A stretch of 64,000 bases of DNA from Eledone cirrhosa (GCA_964016885.1 OZ024743.1:320974001-321038000); one strand, 5' to 3'. Shown: positions 45,105 through 61,180, counted from the stretch's first letter. Translations and numbers: made by a program. The notes: generated by a model not told the origin, from the sequence alone.

Positions 45105-46364
45105 GGGTTGGACAAAATAATGGAAACACCTTAAAATTTCAAACAAATTTATTTTAATATGGGGTAGGACCACCTTTGGCAGTAATTACAGCTTGAATTC
45201 TACGATGTATGGACTCGTACAAAGTTTGAATTGTTTCCAAAGGAATTTTTGTCCATTCTTCAGCTAAAACAGTCTCCAGTTCTTGTAGTGACGATGGTGG
45301 AGGATATCGACTCCTTACTTATTTTTCTAAAATACGCCATAAATGTTCAATAATATTGAGATCTGGGGACTGTGGTGACCAGATAAGATGTTCAATTTCA
45401 CTAGAATGTTCCTCGTGCTTTTCAGTAACAAATTTAGCTGTGTGAATTGGTGCATTATCATCCTGAAAGATTGCGTTTCCCTCCGGAAACAGTTCTTCCG
45501 CAACCATAGGATGAATTTGATCAGATAAAATGCTTAAATAGTCTTGACTATTAATTCTGCCATGAAGGGAAACCATTGGGCCGGCGGATTTCCAAGATAT
45601 AGCCCCCCAGATTATCACAGATCCTCCTCCATGTTTAACAGTTGGAAGAAGGCAGTCTGGGTCAAATGCTTCTTTTGGCTGTCTCCACACGTATACTCGG
45701 CTGGTGGTCGGAAATAAGGTAAAGGATGACTCGTCTGAGAAAATAACATTCTTCCACTGCTCTAGGGACCAAATCTGTAGGTTTTTACTCCACTCTAAAC
45801 GCTTTGCAACGTTTGTTATTGAAAGTAGTGGTTTTCTGATTGCAGCCCTCCCGTGAAATCCGGCTTTGTGCAGCTCCCGGCGAACAGTTTTGGTGGAAAC
45901 TGGGTTCTCGAGGTGGTCATTAAGCTCCGCAGTAATTTTGGGAGCTGTACTTTTGTGATCCTTTCTAACAATTCGCGTAAGAGTCCGACGGTCCCTATCT
46001 GAAAGTTTTGGTTTCCTTCCGGTGTTTTGTTTCGACGAGGAGGTTTTTCCCTCTTTCTCAAAGGCTGGCATTACTTTCGAGACAGTACTTCTTGATACAC
46101 CAAACATTTCGGCTGTTTTCGTTACGCTAGCGCCTACAATTTGACTTCTTTAAAAGTCCGATAGATCTGTCATTTTAATGAATTTTAATTACTTTTTTCT
46201 GATGATTTCTGAAATGAAACAACAATTTTAACAAAACATATTAAGCAACACTAATAATAAATTAAAAAAAACATAAAAATAAACAAGCTTTTGACGGTTT
46301 TATAGATATTTCAAAATTATGATGCTATGATGCTAGGTGTTTCCATTATTTTGTCCAACCCCTG
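45102..46364 (-). mobile_element. Full-length Tc1-type DNA transposon, DD36E (Incomer-like), disabled
   Basis: Perfect 30-bp TIR CAGGGGTTGGACAAAATAATGGAAACACCT; TA TSD; transposase ~46173-45155 with FSDES, FQDDNAPIH, SPDLNIIE (36 residues between D and E); two premature TAA stops. Confidence 0.93.
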
Positions 46365-46366
46365 TA

Positions 46367-47035
46367 TATATGTGATGAAATATACACACATATTCATATG
46401 TATATGTGTGTATGTGGTGTCCGCCATAACAAGGTTTGCTCAATGACCGAAAGAGTGAAAATAACTAAAATAATTAAATTAACTCCATAATCAGAGTTAT
46501 TTATCAAATTACAAAATATGAGGAAATAATATACAAAAAAATACCTATTTTTTCTTCAAAGTCCCGACTGCAGTTTCGCCGATCCGTATGCCACGATCTG
46601 CACTTTAAAAATGCATCATCGCTGTGAGGTTGATACGGCTTATCAAGAGACCCCTCAGAAAAAAGACTGTTTCTTGATGCGTTTATTGCAAGTAAGAAAG
46701 TCTCAGAGGCGGAGAGAGAGATTAACACGTGATACAATGGTAAAAAAAGGATTGTTTCTTTCGTAGCAAGTGAGAATTTCTCGAGAAGCGAGAAGAGAGA
46801 TAAACACATGATACAGTGGTCACAGAAGGGTAGTAAGGAGGGCAGTGAGCGAATAACGTATTTGCTAGAAAAATCAGTTAATACACTCGTGGTTAACTCG
46901 ACCATAGGGGAGTTTGGGACAATATTATAATGAAATATACACACATATTGATATATATATGTGTGTGTGTGGTGTCTGCCTTAACAAGGTGTGCTCGATG
47001 ACTGAAAGAGTCAAAATAACTAAAATAACTAAATA
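46367..47035 (-). repeat. Partial tandem pLTR-like repeat (~110-bp direct repeats)
   Basis: 46376-46480 repeated at 46931-47035; HHR-like 3' half GAAAC-TGCA-GTC on the minus strand at ~46561-46580. Confidence 0.55.
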
Positions 47036-47440
47036 TATATAAATGGCCTGGTTACGTAAGATCCTAGTGACATCATCAGGTCCGTATTGCATAATTATTT
47101 AATCAAGAAAATTTTACGGCAAGCACAACCGAAAATATTTGATCCGGAGATGGCCTTCGAGATAGATGTTATTGTTGTTACAGACCATCTCCGAATAACA
47201 AGTTCGTCAATTCAATGCACAGCATGGTGGGTTAGGTAGGCGCGACAAAGATGGGTGTGGAGCTTGTATGGTGGTAACACATATCCTGTTGTTATAGAAA
47301 CTACTATGGTGTTAAGTATAGTCACTTGGATGACAGCCACAGAAGTTGGTGACGGTGGAGAAGATCAGGTCACAGAGGGATATGTTGTTTGGAGGTCAAG
47401 TTATACAAATTTAGATACTTATAAAACGTTTCAAAAAAAT

Positions 47441-48105
47441 ATAATTGTTTCTACTTTTGGCACAAGGCCAGCAATTACCCCACTTTACTTTATCGACCCC
47501 GTATTGAGCTGTTTAGTAAATGAACAAAAAAAAATTATAAAAAATACATATATATATAATTTCTTTTTATTGCAGTAAAATTGGAAAAATTGCCTACATT
47601 TCAACTGTAACTTGATTATCTTGGAAATAATTGTTTCTATTTTTAGGCACAAGGCCAGCAATTACTCAGTACATTACTGGTACTTTATTTTATCGACCCC
47701 GTAAGGATGAAAGGCAAAGTTAACCTCGGCGGGATTTGAACTCAGATCATAAAATAATGTCAGCGATCTAGTTTTCTAAATGAAAAGAATATCCACAAAG
47801 AGACTAATACTTACACACACACACATACAGTCATTCACATACATTCAATCAAACGCATACTGACACATAGATCGCACTTATTTATGTAAGTAACATTATA
47901 TATACGTAACATTATTTCAAAGGATTGGCAGTATCGGTAGAGGGTCGGACGCCATGCTTTCCAGCATAGTTACGTCCCTTTATGATCTGAGTTCAAATCC
48001 CGCCGAGGTTGACTTTGCCTTTCATCCTTACGGGGTCGATAAAATAAAGTACCAGTAATGCACTGGATAATTGCTGGCCTTGTGCCTAAAGTAGAAACAA
48101 TTATT
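47441..48105. mobile_element. Cluster of three tRNA-derived SINE copies
   Basis: 47441-47500 (-), 47626-47752 (-) and full copy 47921-48105 (+). Confidence 0.88.
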
Positions 48106-49144
48106 TCAAATTAAAATCTTTGGGAATGAGATCTTTTTCATTAATTCTTGTTTATTAAAGTGTTATTTCTTTTATTCTTGTAACTATTTTTGTCATCATC
48201 TTTGTTATTATGTTTGTTGTTTCGTCTTTCAAGAATGTTTTACATCGGTCGTGTAAGTTTGATCTATCTAAACTATAATAAAGGAAGGTCTGCGGAACTG
48301 CGTACGGTTTTTTTTTATCCCGTTAGTAAAATAAGTTGGATTACTTTGAATAAATAATGAATGAAAATTACATAATTTATTATCTACTAAATTTCGTAAA
48401 CAAAAATAATTTCGTAAAAATTAATAATTTAAAATTGACTTCTTTTCAAAGTCGCACTTCCGGTATATCGTTGCCACCACCACTTCAACTACCACATATA
48501 TAGAAAGAGAGAGTGTGTGATGTCAACACTTCCGGTGGCGATTATTTAAATAAACATACTAATTTTCTATGACTAATTTTCTCCTAATGCAGTTTATATA
48601 TAATATCGTCTTTTTTTAATGTATCATGGATTACGTTACTGATTACATAAAACAGTGTAACAAATTCTTCGTTCAATTTCTGTTTATATTGTCAATTACG
48701 ATTTTATTTGATGTATCATATCTACATGTATATATACCTGCATATAATATCAATATGCATACTACACATGCTAGCAGGGTGGTTTTTCTGCTAGTTCTAC
48801 TAATTATTCAACCTTTTACATTGAACTTTTGTGACTGTTTTGTAATGAAACGACCACTATTTTCGTGAGCTGGTTAATTTAGCTCTACCTGCAACCTTTA
48901 GGGACCACACCTGTGTTTTGTTTCAAACACATCCCTCAATTTTCTGCGAAAATTAAGATGTTTGACAAAAATGTTGCGTCCACTAAACAGAATGGTCGGC
49001 TGTCCATAGAGTAGCACAGCTAAAATTCTGAAAACAATGACAGCAGCAGCAACAATAACACTTGTAGTAACAGTAACAACTAAAACCGCAAACAAAATAA
49101 GCTTTCCACTTCCCTGAATGTTCTCTGAACGTTACTTACTTTAG

Positions 49145-49545
49145 ATATTCTTCTTCTGGAACATTTACTTCCTCTGCTAATTAGATGACCCAAGCAGCAC
49201 AAACTATCATCTATTTCTAAAGAATTATCTGAACATTTCATAGAGCCTGGTTTGTGTGTGCCATTCTTGCATATTGCTCCTGTGAATCTGCCTCATATTA
49301 AGCTTACATTTTTTGTTGGCCTGCAGCATATACCATTACATCTTTTGCGCACCCATAGTTTATTTGTTCATTATATGGGATTCCTAACAATTACACTCCT
49401 ACATGTAGAGCATGGATATTTTCCTGATTAATCAGTGGTATGTGTTCTTTTCTAATTATAAAGACTTTGGTCTTTCCTAAGTTCACTCTGAGACCTTTTG
49501 ATTCCAGGTTTTGCTAATTCTGCCACAGATTCACAGATCCAGCTG
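49145..49545 (-). mobile_element. Highly decayed RTE-type LINE RT/Cys-rich fragment
   Basis: Remnants GLRVNLGKTK, SGKYPCSTCR, WV.KRC and LEI.DSF. Confidence 0.55.
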
Positions 49546-49731
49546 TGAGAACTATATATATATGTTTTTCCCAATCATTCAACCTCATTTCTCTCCGAAA
49601 TTTGCCCTTTCATGATGGACTAACGCCCGATACGTTGAAACATTCATTTTCCTTTTTCAACAAGCACAACTAATAAGACCTTGTGTTATTATATCTCTGT
49701 GTTCATCTTGTTTATCTTGAACTATATACAA

Positions 49732-49785
<54 letters not shown>

Positions 49786-49809
49786 GCGCGTGTGTGTGTG
49801 TGTGTGTGC

Positions 49810-50012
49810 TGACCAATAATCACACAAGGGAAACTGCAGAATAACATTCCTTAGGCACATGACCCTTTGACGTACAGGTACAATACAATTTTCCAGTTGA
49901 GTGAACTGGTGCAACATGAAATGAAATGTCTTGCTCAAGGACACAACGCGAAACCGGCAATCTAGCTCATGACTTTGTGGAATGGAGCTGAACGCCCTAA
50001 CTGTTAAGCCAC
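49810..50012 (-). mobile_element. CORE-type tRNA-derived SINE fragment
   Basis: GTGGCTTAACAGTTAGGGCG head and TGTGTCCTTGAGCAAGACA core motif. Confidence 0.6.
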
Positions 50013-50049
50013 AAAAAACACATCGTCAGAGTTGTGCCACGGTGGGGAA

Positions 50050-50600
50050 CATTCTAGGTACAATGGGGATCTTTATCCTATATTAAATGAGATATTGCTA
50101 GTTAAGACTATCAAGGCCATTCTCCAACTTAATATTCCTCTCATAAGGTAGAGAGAACGTATTATCATACTAGTATATATATATATATATATTTAGACCA
50201 ATATTATATTTTGGCGAATCGATTTGAAGAACTTACCATGGAGTGGCTGTTCTTATTGATTGGCAGTACAGATCGTCGTCTTTGCACATAGCTTAAATGT
50301 GTGGGACTGTACGTTTCTGAGGGGGATCCAAATTAAACAAGTCGTTGGGCTAGGTAACTTTAGCCCTGTAGTAGCTCCCCATTGATATGTCAAACAGTGG
50401 ATCCCCTTCATTGTTTAACAACTGAGAGTTGTCGTGAAACAGAAGTCACTTCTTGACGTCCATAATTATTCTGATATCGAGGTCACTGATATTGAATTCC
50501 CTTGTGTAAATTAAGCAAGACCAGTTTGTTGGTTATGATTTGTGACAATTGAATACGATTTGAGGAGGATTTCGCTTCAAATATCATGTGACCACATAGA
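50050..50600 (-). mobile_element. Decayed Hydra-type PLE RT fragment
   Basis: LLFHD...LFDISMGSYY motif homologous to FDITMGSSD. Confidence 0.55.
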
Positions 50601-50741
50601 GTTTCCCTCGATAATAAGGCGACTATTTATTGAATGAACAAGAACAAGAACAATAATCAGCGTCAAAAACCCATGGAGGAAATAAGAAATACACTCAGGC
50701 CTCCATAGTTTTCTGCAAACTAACAATGCATGATAATGCAT

Positions 50742-50907
50742 ATAATTTGATCCCAATAAGACTGAGATTAGTATTGAACCTATTCAATTTGATCCCACTA
50801 AACCAGAGATTAGTATTGAATTTATTCTATTTGATCCCAATAAACCTAAGATTAGTATTGAACCTATTCAATTTGATCTCAATAAACCTGAAATTAGTAC
50901 TGAATCT
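50742..50907. repeat. 42-bp minisatellite, about 4 copies
   Basis: Unit AATTTGATCCCAATAAACCTGAGATTAGTATTGAACCTATTC. Confidence 0.8.
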
Positions 50908-51037
50908 ATGGAGCATGTATATAGCCTCAGATTCTAAAAGCACTCTTCTTTTTACAAATGACAAAGGCATGCATCCTAAGATATATACAGTTTTAATAAT
51001 TTCTGTAAATTACTTTTAGTCTGTGAAATATTCTTTA

Positions 51038-51892
51038 TAGAGGATGACAAAAATAAAACTGGCCCCATTTTCATTTTTATTTACATTATTCATTTTTTTA
51101 CTCAGAATATATTTAGTTTAAACCATTAAAAACGACATATCAAGACGTCACTATCTTTTGATGTTTCAAGTGATTTCCCATTTGAATCCATCCATTGAGA
51201 GACATGGTAAAGTTGTGAATAACATCTTTACAAACAGACATAGGGATAACTCTGATCTCCAAACTGATGTTTCTCTTTAATTCAGTAATGGGTCTAGGTT
51301 TGTTGCCGTATATCCTATCCTTCAGCAGATTCAGCCAATTTTCACCTTCTCTAGCATTTTCCCAGCCATAGCCTTTCTCTTGGACTTATCAGCTACAGTA
51401 AACTTTTGTTTTGTCTGTATTACATAGGGGTACTTCTTAAGATCTTCTTTGATAACCCTCCTCCAAGTTTCTGTGGAGAGACCCAAATATTGACTTTTCC
51501 TATGCAGCGATCCTTTTGGGCTTTGTTCATTAGGCTCTAGGACCATGCCAATAACTTCCCGTGTACGATACCTGAGTCTTCCAGAGTGGGTAAAACGGTC
51601 CTCGAACACTGTAGTGAGGTTATACACTGTCCCATAGGCCTCAAACCTCTTCACCAAGTTTTATATATTTGTTTTGAAGCGAGATTTATTCCCCTCCCAC
51701 CAAAAAATGCATGAAATTGCCTGCTTGTACGATTCATACAGAAAATGCTATGCTGAAGCTCCCATTGCAATCTTATCTTCATAGGCCTTGTATCCGCCAT
51801 CTCCTAATGTTTAATGTTGATTGGCTAGTAAATGAATAAAGGATGACACAAAACATGCACTGAACCACTCCTGTGTTTCTTTAGTCACCCTG
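51038..51892 (-). mobile_element. Internally deleted mariner-like (maT/rosa-type) transposon
   Basis: HTH VKRFEAYGTV...SGR...SPKGSLHRKSQYLGLS...DLKKYPY fused to C-terminal LKDRIYGNKPR.I.ELK; catalytic core missing; CAGGGTG..TA end at 51892, other TIR degenerate. Confidence 0.65.
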
Positions 51893-52429
51893 TATACTTT
51901 GCTGTAATATGATTATTTCCACAAAGCCTAACTTTTATGTGTTCATTGTTACATATAAATGAGCAAAGAAGACAACTTCTGACATGTTAGAAAAATAATA
52001 CTTTGTCCTAAATCTTACATTTATTCACACCATGAAGTCAAACTAAAGAAAATTGTCAGGGGATTTACCACCAACGTCCTATTTTTTTTTCTTTCTATCA
52101 GGAGTCGACTTTGGAAAGATAAAATTTATCAAACCCACTCACCAAAATTTCTAGTAAACATTCTCCCCATAACGTTCTCCCTCCTCGATAGACAGACAGC
52201 CAGCCAGCCATGTATGCATGCTTGTTTTCACTGAAACTAAGAGCTCATGTCATTTCTGTCGAATTTACCATTTGACGTGCCTCGCTCCTAATTCAGGCCT
52301 CGTGTGATGGCTGGCGTACAATATGCTTGACGCGGTGTAAACTGCGTAAGAATGTAAAATTTGTCACAAAAATACAGGAAAATCCTAAATTGTCATTCTA
52401 TCCGAGGTGGACCAACCTTTAAAGTGTGA

Positions 52430-53760
52430 GTAGTAAATATATATTCGGCAGTTGGGGATCAGAGACCCCAAAATACGCCTTCCTATGGGTCCGGTCAGAC
52501 GCAACCGTCTCCAACCGATCTCTAGCGGGTTTCCCAAGTGAGATTAGCCGTGCTCACGGATGTTATCCAAACATCTTACTCGGGTCTACACATGAGTCCC
52601 ATGTTGGTTGGTTTTTGCTTGTAAAATCTGTTCCGTGATTCTTTCCTGGGTCATTCTAACCACATGATAGTAATATCGGAGCTTTGATCTCTCAATTAGA
52701 AGTAGCGGCTCTACCGAGAGTGACTCCTTGATCTCCAAGCTATACACCCTATTCTGTAACGTTACTCCAAAGACCCTTCGGAGGAACTCAATTTTGGCCG
52801 CTTGTATTCGCGATCGTATTCTTTCGGTCATTATACAGGATTAATAACTATAGGTAAGAGTTGTCATGAATACCGTCTTGAATACAGCGAGTTTGGTTTT
52901 TATATCTACCCCTTTTCTTCTGATGACCGAATGCTGAAGCTGGCGTATTAATGCTCCAGATTCTACAAACCTGTAAGTTAATTAGAGACTCCTACTTTCC
53001 ATCCAACACTGTGAGAGCTGGCGATGGGCCTACAATATATACTTGGTGGTGTGGGATGGACGCATAACGGTTAAGTATTCCCGATACCTCAAAAAGAGTC
53101 CAGAAGGGAGAAAACCTTAACGATTGGAAACAGGACCGTTACAAGGCTTACGAGTAAAGAGCAGGAACTAGTGGAGGAGGACAGAAGATACAAGCTAGAT
53201 ATAGTCGGGGATTCCTCAACAAAGTTTCGTGGCTCTAATACTGCAAATTTAAATGGAGAATGGAAACTTGATTATTCAAGTGTGGTGCTAGAAATTACTG
53301 CACATGTGAGAGTCGGGAAACTCACAAGTCCCCGACTGTCGGAATGTGTTATGAACTGGATTCAATTGAAGCTTAGACATAAACAAATGTCTCTGCGGAT
53401 GGTGCAAGTTTAATCACCAAACAGTCAGTATACAAATCCTTCCTTGATGAAGTCACTGCAGCGTTATATATCCTAGTGGGAGACATCAATGCGGATGTTG
53501 GCACTGATCACCTGACAGGTATGATTGGAAGGAACGTTGACTGCTGAGCAAACTGAGGACATTGAAAGGGCGTGGAGATTTAAGCTCGGGAGTTTCTGCC
53601 TAAGCTGTTAAATGCTGCGGGTGAAAGTGGCTTGATGTGGCACCAGATGACAGGAAGTCTCCATGGTTCCATCTGGAGGTAAAAGGTGTCATCCAAGGAA
53701 AGGAGCTTGGGATATAGGCAGGCGCAAAACGTCACCACTGAGACAGAAAAGGCGTCCAAA
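52430..53760. mobile_element. RTE/Expander-like LINE remnants: RT C-terminus (-) and APE endonuclease (+)
   Basis: MTERIRSRIQAA..FLRRV.G...LSVEPLLLIERSKLRY at 52586-52975 (-); KEQELVEE..RYKLDIVG.SSTK at 53100-53540 (+). Confidence 0.7.
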
Positions 53761-53979
53761 TTAAAGGCGGAGATTGGGGTTAATCAACCTGTCAATAAAA
53801 GAAAAGATACAAGTTTAAATAGGAGAATTCAAAGGGATTCTTTGCGTGGAGACCTCATTCGGGTCTTCATGTAACAGTTAGCATTTTAAATGTTCCTCGT
53901 TCTCGTGATTTATTTCAATCAAACACCGACGAGCTATCTCTCTGATGTTTTAAATATATAAAGAAACACTATTATATAC

Positions 53980-54166
53980 GGTGAATTGGCAGTATCGGTA
54001 GAGGGTTGGACGCCATGCTTTCTAGCATAGTTACGTCCCTTTACTGTCAGTGTTCAAATCCCGTCTAGGTTAACTCTGCCTTTCATCCTTACGGGGTCGA
54101 TGAAATAAAGTACCAGTAATGTACTGGATAATTGCTGGCCTTGTGCCAAAAAGTAGAAACAATTAT
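53980..54166 (+). mobile_element. tRNA-derived SINE, full copy
   Basis: Same family as 47921-48105. Confidence 0.9.
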
Positions 54167-54704
54167 ATACATATTGATAGTCTGTGGTGCTGGGACCGGG
54201 AAAACCACAAATATGTTGGGTTGTAATTTATAGGTATAAAAATAACCACAAACATTTACTAATGGGGAGGAGGACTCGTTACATTTAACAGTGTAGTATT
54301 TTCTGTATCTTGCTTTTTTGCAATTTTACTGTTCCGTTCTGTTGGTTTCTGAATGTAGTTCCTGGTAGAACTCCCAGACTTTGCCTAATTCAAATAATTG
54401 CAAAGGAATCGAATGTTATTATTAATATACGAAAAACTCCGCTTGCATTTATGATATTCAGCCATGTAGAGCGAAATTATTTTTTATTTGAATTTGGCAA
54501 AGCCGGCCATTTATCGCTCGTATACAGGAAACTGACTGGCCAGTCTGCTGATATGCAAATCTGGCTGATCAGTGGATCTGCTAATATGCAGATCTGACTG
54601 ATCAGCCAGTCTGTCAATAGGCAAATCAGGCCGATCAGTCACTGTATTTTTTGAAAATAGCATATATTTTCACAGGCTTGACAGTTTGGCAGGTGAACAG
54701 TGAG

Positions 54705-54748
54705 CTGTACTGATGAAGGGTGATACCCAGAAACATTAGTGTCTGCAG
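54705..54748 (+). ncRNA. Type I hammerhead ribozyme in a partial-tandem pLTR (54390-54922)
   Basis: CTGTA-CTGATGA-A-GGGT/ACCC-A-GAAACA-TTAG-TGTC-TGCAG; 54396-54478 is repeated at 54830-54912 before (TA)n. Confidence 0.85.
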
Positions 54749-54917
54749 TTCTGTTCGCATGCCAACATAAGAGCAAGAATGGAGTGTTCATTCTACTGAC
54801 ATGGCTATAAAATTGAGGCTTGTTTGCATAATTGCAAACGAATCGAATGTTATTATTAATATTCGAAAAACTCAGATTACATTTATTGTATTCAGCCATG
54901 TAGAGCGAAATTTTCTT

Positions 54918-55113
<196 letters not shown>

Positions 55114-55157
55114 ATATGTATATATATATATGCATATATATATATATATATATATAT

Positions 55158-56190
<1,033 letters not shown>

Positions 56191-57484
56191 GATATTAACA
56201 AATGGAAACTATATTTATAAAACCATATTTATTTCATTATACATATTTCAAGGACACCAAGTTAAATTATGGTGTGCTTTCATCAGATAAAATATAATAT
56301 AGATATCAGTTTTATAAATAAATATTGACATACCCTTAAAAAATGCAACCATTACTGTTGGAAGCTCCCGGATAGTGGAGTTGAAGCTTAATTATATTAT
56401 TATTAGTATTGGATATTTTTATTTTTAAAATAAGCCGTTGGGTTATGGAGAAAGAGAAAGATAAAAAAGGAGAGAGAGAGAAAAAAGAGAGAGAGATAGA
56501 CCAAAACAACAGAGAGAGAAAGATATATATAGAGAGAGAGATGAGACAGAGAGAAGGGGAGAGAACGAAAAACTCATATCTTGTTGAGTTAACTTAACAA
56601 TTGGGATGAAATGAATAAATAAAATTAGAAATGTTAATAATCATGAATGGAATATACATATATAATATGAGAAATTAACCATTGTTTAAATATGATTAGA
56701 TGTTTAGTTAATCATTTAAAAATTGAGATCAATATATTAAAAATTGGGATCTATATATTAAGAAATCCATATATTACTAGAGAACTACATTTCATATAAC
56801 ACGTATACACACGCAAAAATACATATAAATATATATACACCTTATAAAATACATATACATATCTAACTACGTATATAATATATACACACAAAACATAAAG
56901 GATTCTTTAATTTAATTTAAGATATAGGAATCTTATAAAATGTTATAATTGTTAAGATATTAAAGGAAATGTTATGTTATACACACTTTATGTGATTAAA
57001 CAAAATTTTTTTTATATAAGTTTTATAAGATTACCTGTTATGTATTTATGGCTGTTATTATATGTCTATCTGTCACGAATCTTGGGATAATCACTATACA
57101 TAAGTGCAATCAAATTGTATGGATATACACGCATATGTATATACACAATTCCCACATATACATATATATATATATGTACCCTCAACCAATAGGTAGATAC
57201 GCATCACGTATACATATACATACAGATAGACATACATTCATGAAAACGCATAAAACATTTAGTGGACAAGGACAAAACTTTTAGTGTGAAGTTTGGGTTT
57301 GAAATAAATCTTTTGTGACATCAGTCCTGGAACTTTTCTAACACACCTCGTATATATATAAATATACATACATACACATATATATACGTACATACATATA
57401 TGTACATGTACATATATATATATACATATACATATACATATATGTATATGTATATGTATATATATATGTATATATATATATGTA

Positions 57485-59060
57485 TGTTCTTCTGGTTTTA
57501 TAATTTCACAAAGTTTTACCAATAGAGAGAGAGTCGGTTTCTAACATAGACACAAGACTCTCCCATTGGAATTTACACAACATCAACTAGGTAGATATGT
57601 ATGCATGCATGTGTAGATATGGATGTTATTGTATGTGTGTATGTGGATGTTTTGAGTTGTATGTGTGCATGTGTATATGCAGTTATTAGATGCAACATTT
57701 TTGGAATGTTTTACATATTTTTACTGTTCCATTAATGGATTGTACTTGTAATTTCCTAACTAGTTGTGTCCTTCTGTTCCTGTGAAGCCTAGCTTCTCAA
57801 GATTTGTATTGAGGCAGTTACTAACATACCACAGTGCCCCAACAATCACAGGCATAAATCTGAAGGTGTAATCAGGGTGGAGTATCTGCAGATTTCTCAT
57901 CAGTTCTGCATAAATATTCCTTTTCGCTAATCTTTGATATTATATTGGCATCTGCTGGGCAGCTAATTTCCACTACTGTGCATGCTTTCTTCTCCCTGTC
58001 CCATATCATAATATCTGGTCTGTTATGCCTGCATTTTATTGGGCTTTTTACTGGAACATCCCACCAGTACTTTTTCATATTATGTACATGGATGTCTTCC
58101 ACATTGCTGTAGCTTTTAATGTGTTTATATCGGGGCTATCCTTTTTACAAACTGCATTGTACAGTGTTTTGGCCACTACATCATGTCTCATAGGTAGATA
58201 GAACCGCGTTGACATTTTTGGACAGCTGCTGATGACATGGGTGATGTCCTCGATGTTAGTTCTGCAGAGTCTGCACTTGTTATCGTATCTAGGTGTTTTG
58301 CCTGCGTCCCTATCTCTTTTGTGAATCAGGTATTTCGTGTTAATCTCCTGTTCCTGGATTTCAAAAGCGTATCCTTCGAAGTGGGAGCCAATATAGCGGT
58401 TGTTGGTCCAAGATAGACTACTTTCCTTTTCTATATTACTCTCGCTCTGGAGCTTCCTGGTAACATATCCATGCATGATTTTTTGCTGATAAGCATGCAG
58501 TTTTTCATCCATGGATTCACTGCGATATTGCTGAGCGACATCCCTGGGTGTGAGTTTTTGATTATCACCCAGGGAATATCTCTCGAGGAGTTCCTTTCCA
58601 ACTCTCATGATCCTATCTGTTTGATGCAGATAGACTTGCTCGAGAAACGGGCTCCTACGCTTCGAGGTTCGTAGATGTTGTCGGAGAGATATGATGCGAC
58701 ATTCAAATGTTATCTGGACTGATGTTAGGCCTCTGCCTCCCTGCTTACGTTTCAAGTAAAGGCGGTCTATGTCACTGTTGATGTGGAAGTTTCAGGTGTT
58801 GTTTAGTATTTTTCGAGTTCCAACATCAACTGCTCGGATTTCGTCTATCGTCCAATTGAGTATTCCAAACGTTGGTGTTAGGACAGGCACAGCAAACACA
58901 TTGTGAGCCACTGTTTTGTTTTGCGCAGAGAGTTCCGCTGACCAGATCTTTCTTAATCGGGTGTAGTGATCCCTGGTTAGCGTTCTTTATTACATATACC
59001 ATAATAGGATATGTTCTCATCTCTCCCCAGGTATCTGTAGCAGTCCTCATCAGATATCGG
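57485..59060 (-). mobile_element. 5'-truncated R4/Dong-like non-LTR retrotransposon (RLE type), disabled
   Basis: YRYLG, LYLKRKQGGRGL, CRLC...ITHVISSC, RHD and HNRPDIMIWD...VEISCP motifs. Confidence 0.82.
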
Positions 59061-59076
59061 TGAAACAGTTAGGACC

Positions 59077-59239
59077 AAATTCTTGTGGTCAAAACAATTT
59101 TGATTGGTCGGTAGAGGTCATGAGAATGTAAAAAATTGATTTTGCGGCATAACATAAAAACAGTCTTGGCGCAAAATCAATTTTTTACATTCACATGACC
59201 TCTACCGGCCAATCAAAATTGTTTTGACCAGAAGAATTT
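59077..59239. repeat. 70-bp inverted repeat with 23-bp spacer (MITE/foldback-like)
   Basis: 59077-59146 is the near-perfect reverse complement of 59170-59239. Confidence 0.8.
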
Positions 59240-59522
59240 TTGCAAATTGGAGCCACTTTTTTAACATAAAAACAGGTAGAATTCCCAAAACTAATCAGAT
59301 CAGAGCAAACAGCACGGACACTCTATCTCAAAATTATTTTTGAAAAGCATTTAGAAATGCGCAACCGGTAAAAACTTAAAACCACAACTGAATACTAACC
59401 CATACAATCACTAATACTCTTTTAATCCTAATTAAACCATTTTTCAACTGTGAACAATTTGTCAGCATTTTCTATTCCGTTTACTAATATATAATAACTT
59501 GTGTGTTACACCTCTATTCTTT

Positions 59523-59615
<93 letters not shown>

Positions 59616-59629
59616 ATGTATATATATGA

Positions 59630-61180
<1,551 letters not shown>

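Noticed and set aside
47080-47395. Coding-looking stretch (WSLYGGNTYPVVIE...)
   Set aside because: In-frame stop, no recognisable domain and unclear splice sites
47921-48010. tRNA genes
   Set aside because: The A and B boxes belong to SINE heads; no cloverleaf or acceptor stem
50742-50907. Regularly spaced repeats as a CRISPR array
   Set aside because: Whole 42-bp units repeat with no unique spacers, there are no cas genes, and the context is eukaryotic
59043-59058. CTGATGAG on the minus strand as a hammerhead core
   Set aside because: Lies in the R4-like RT coding frame (ISDEDCYRYLG) and has no downstream GAAA or helices
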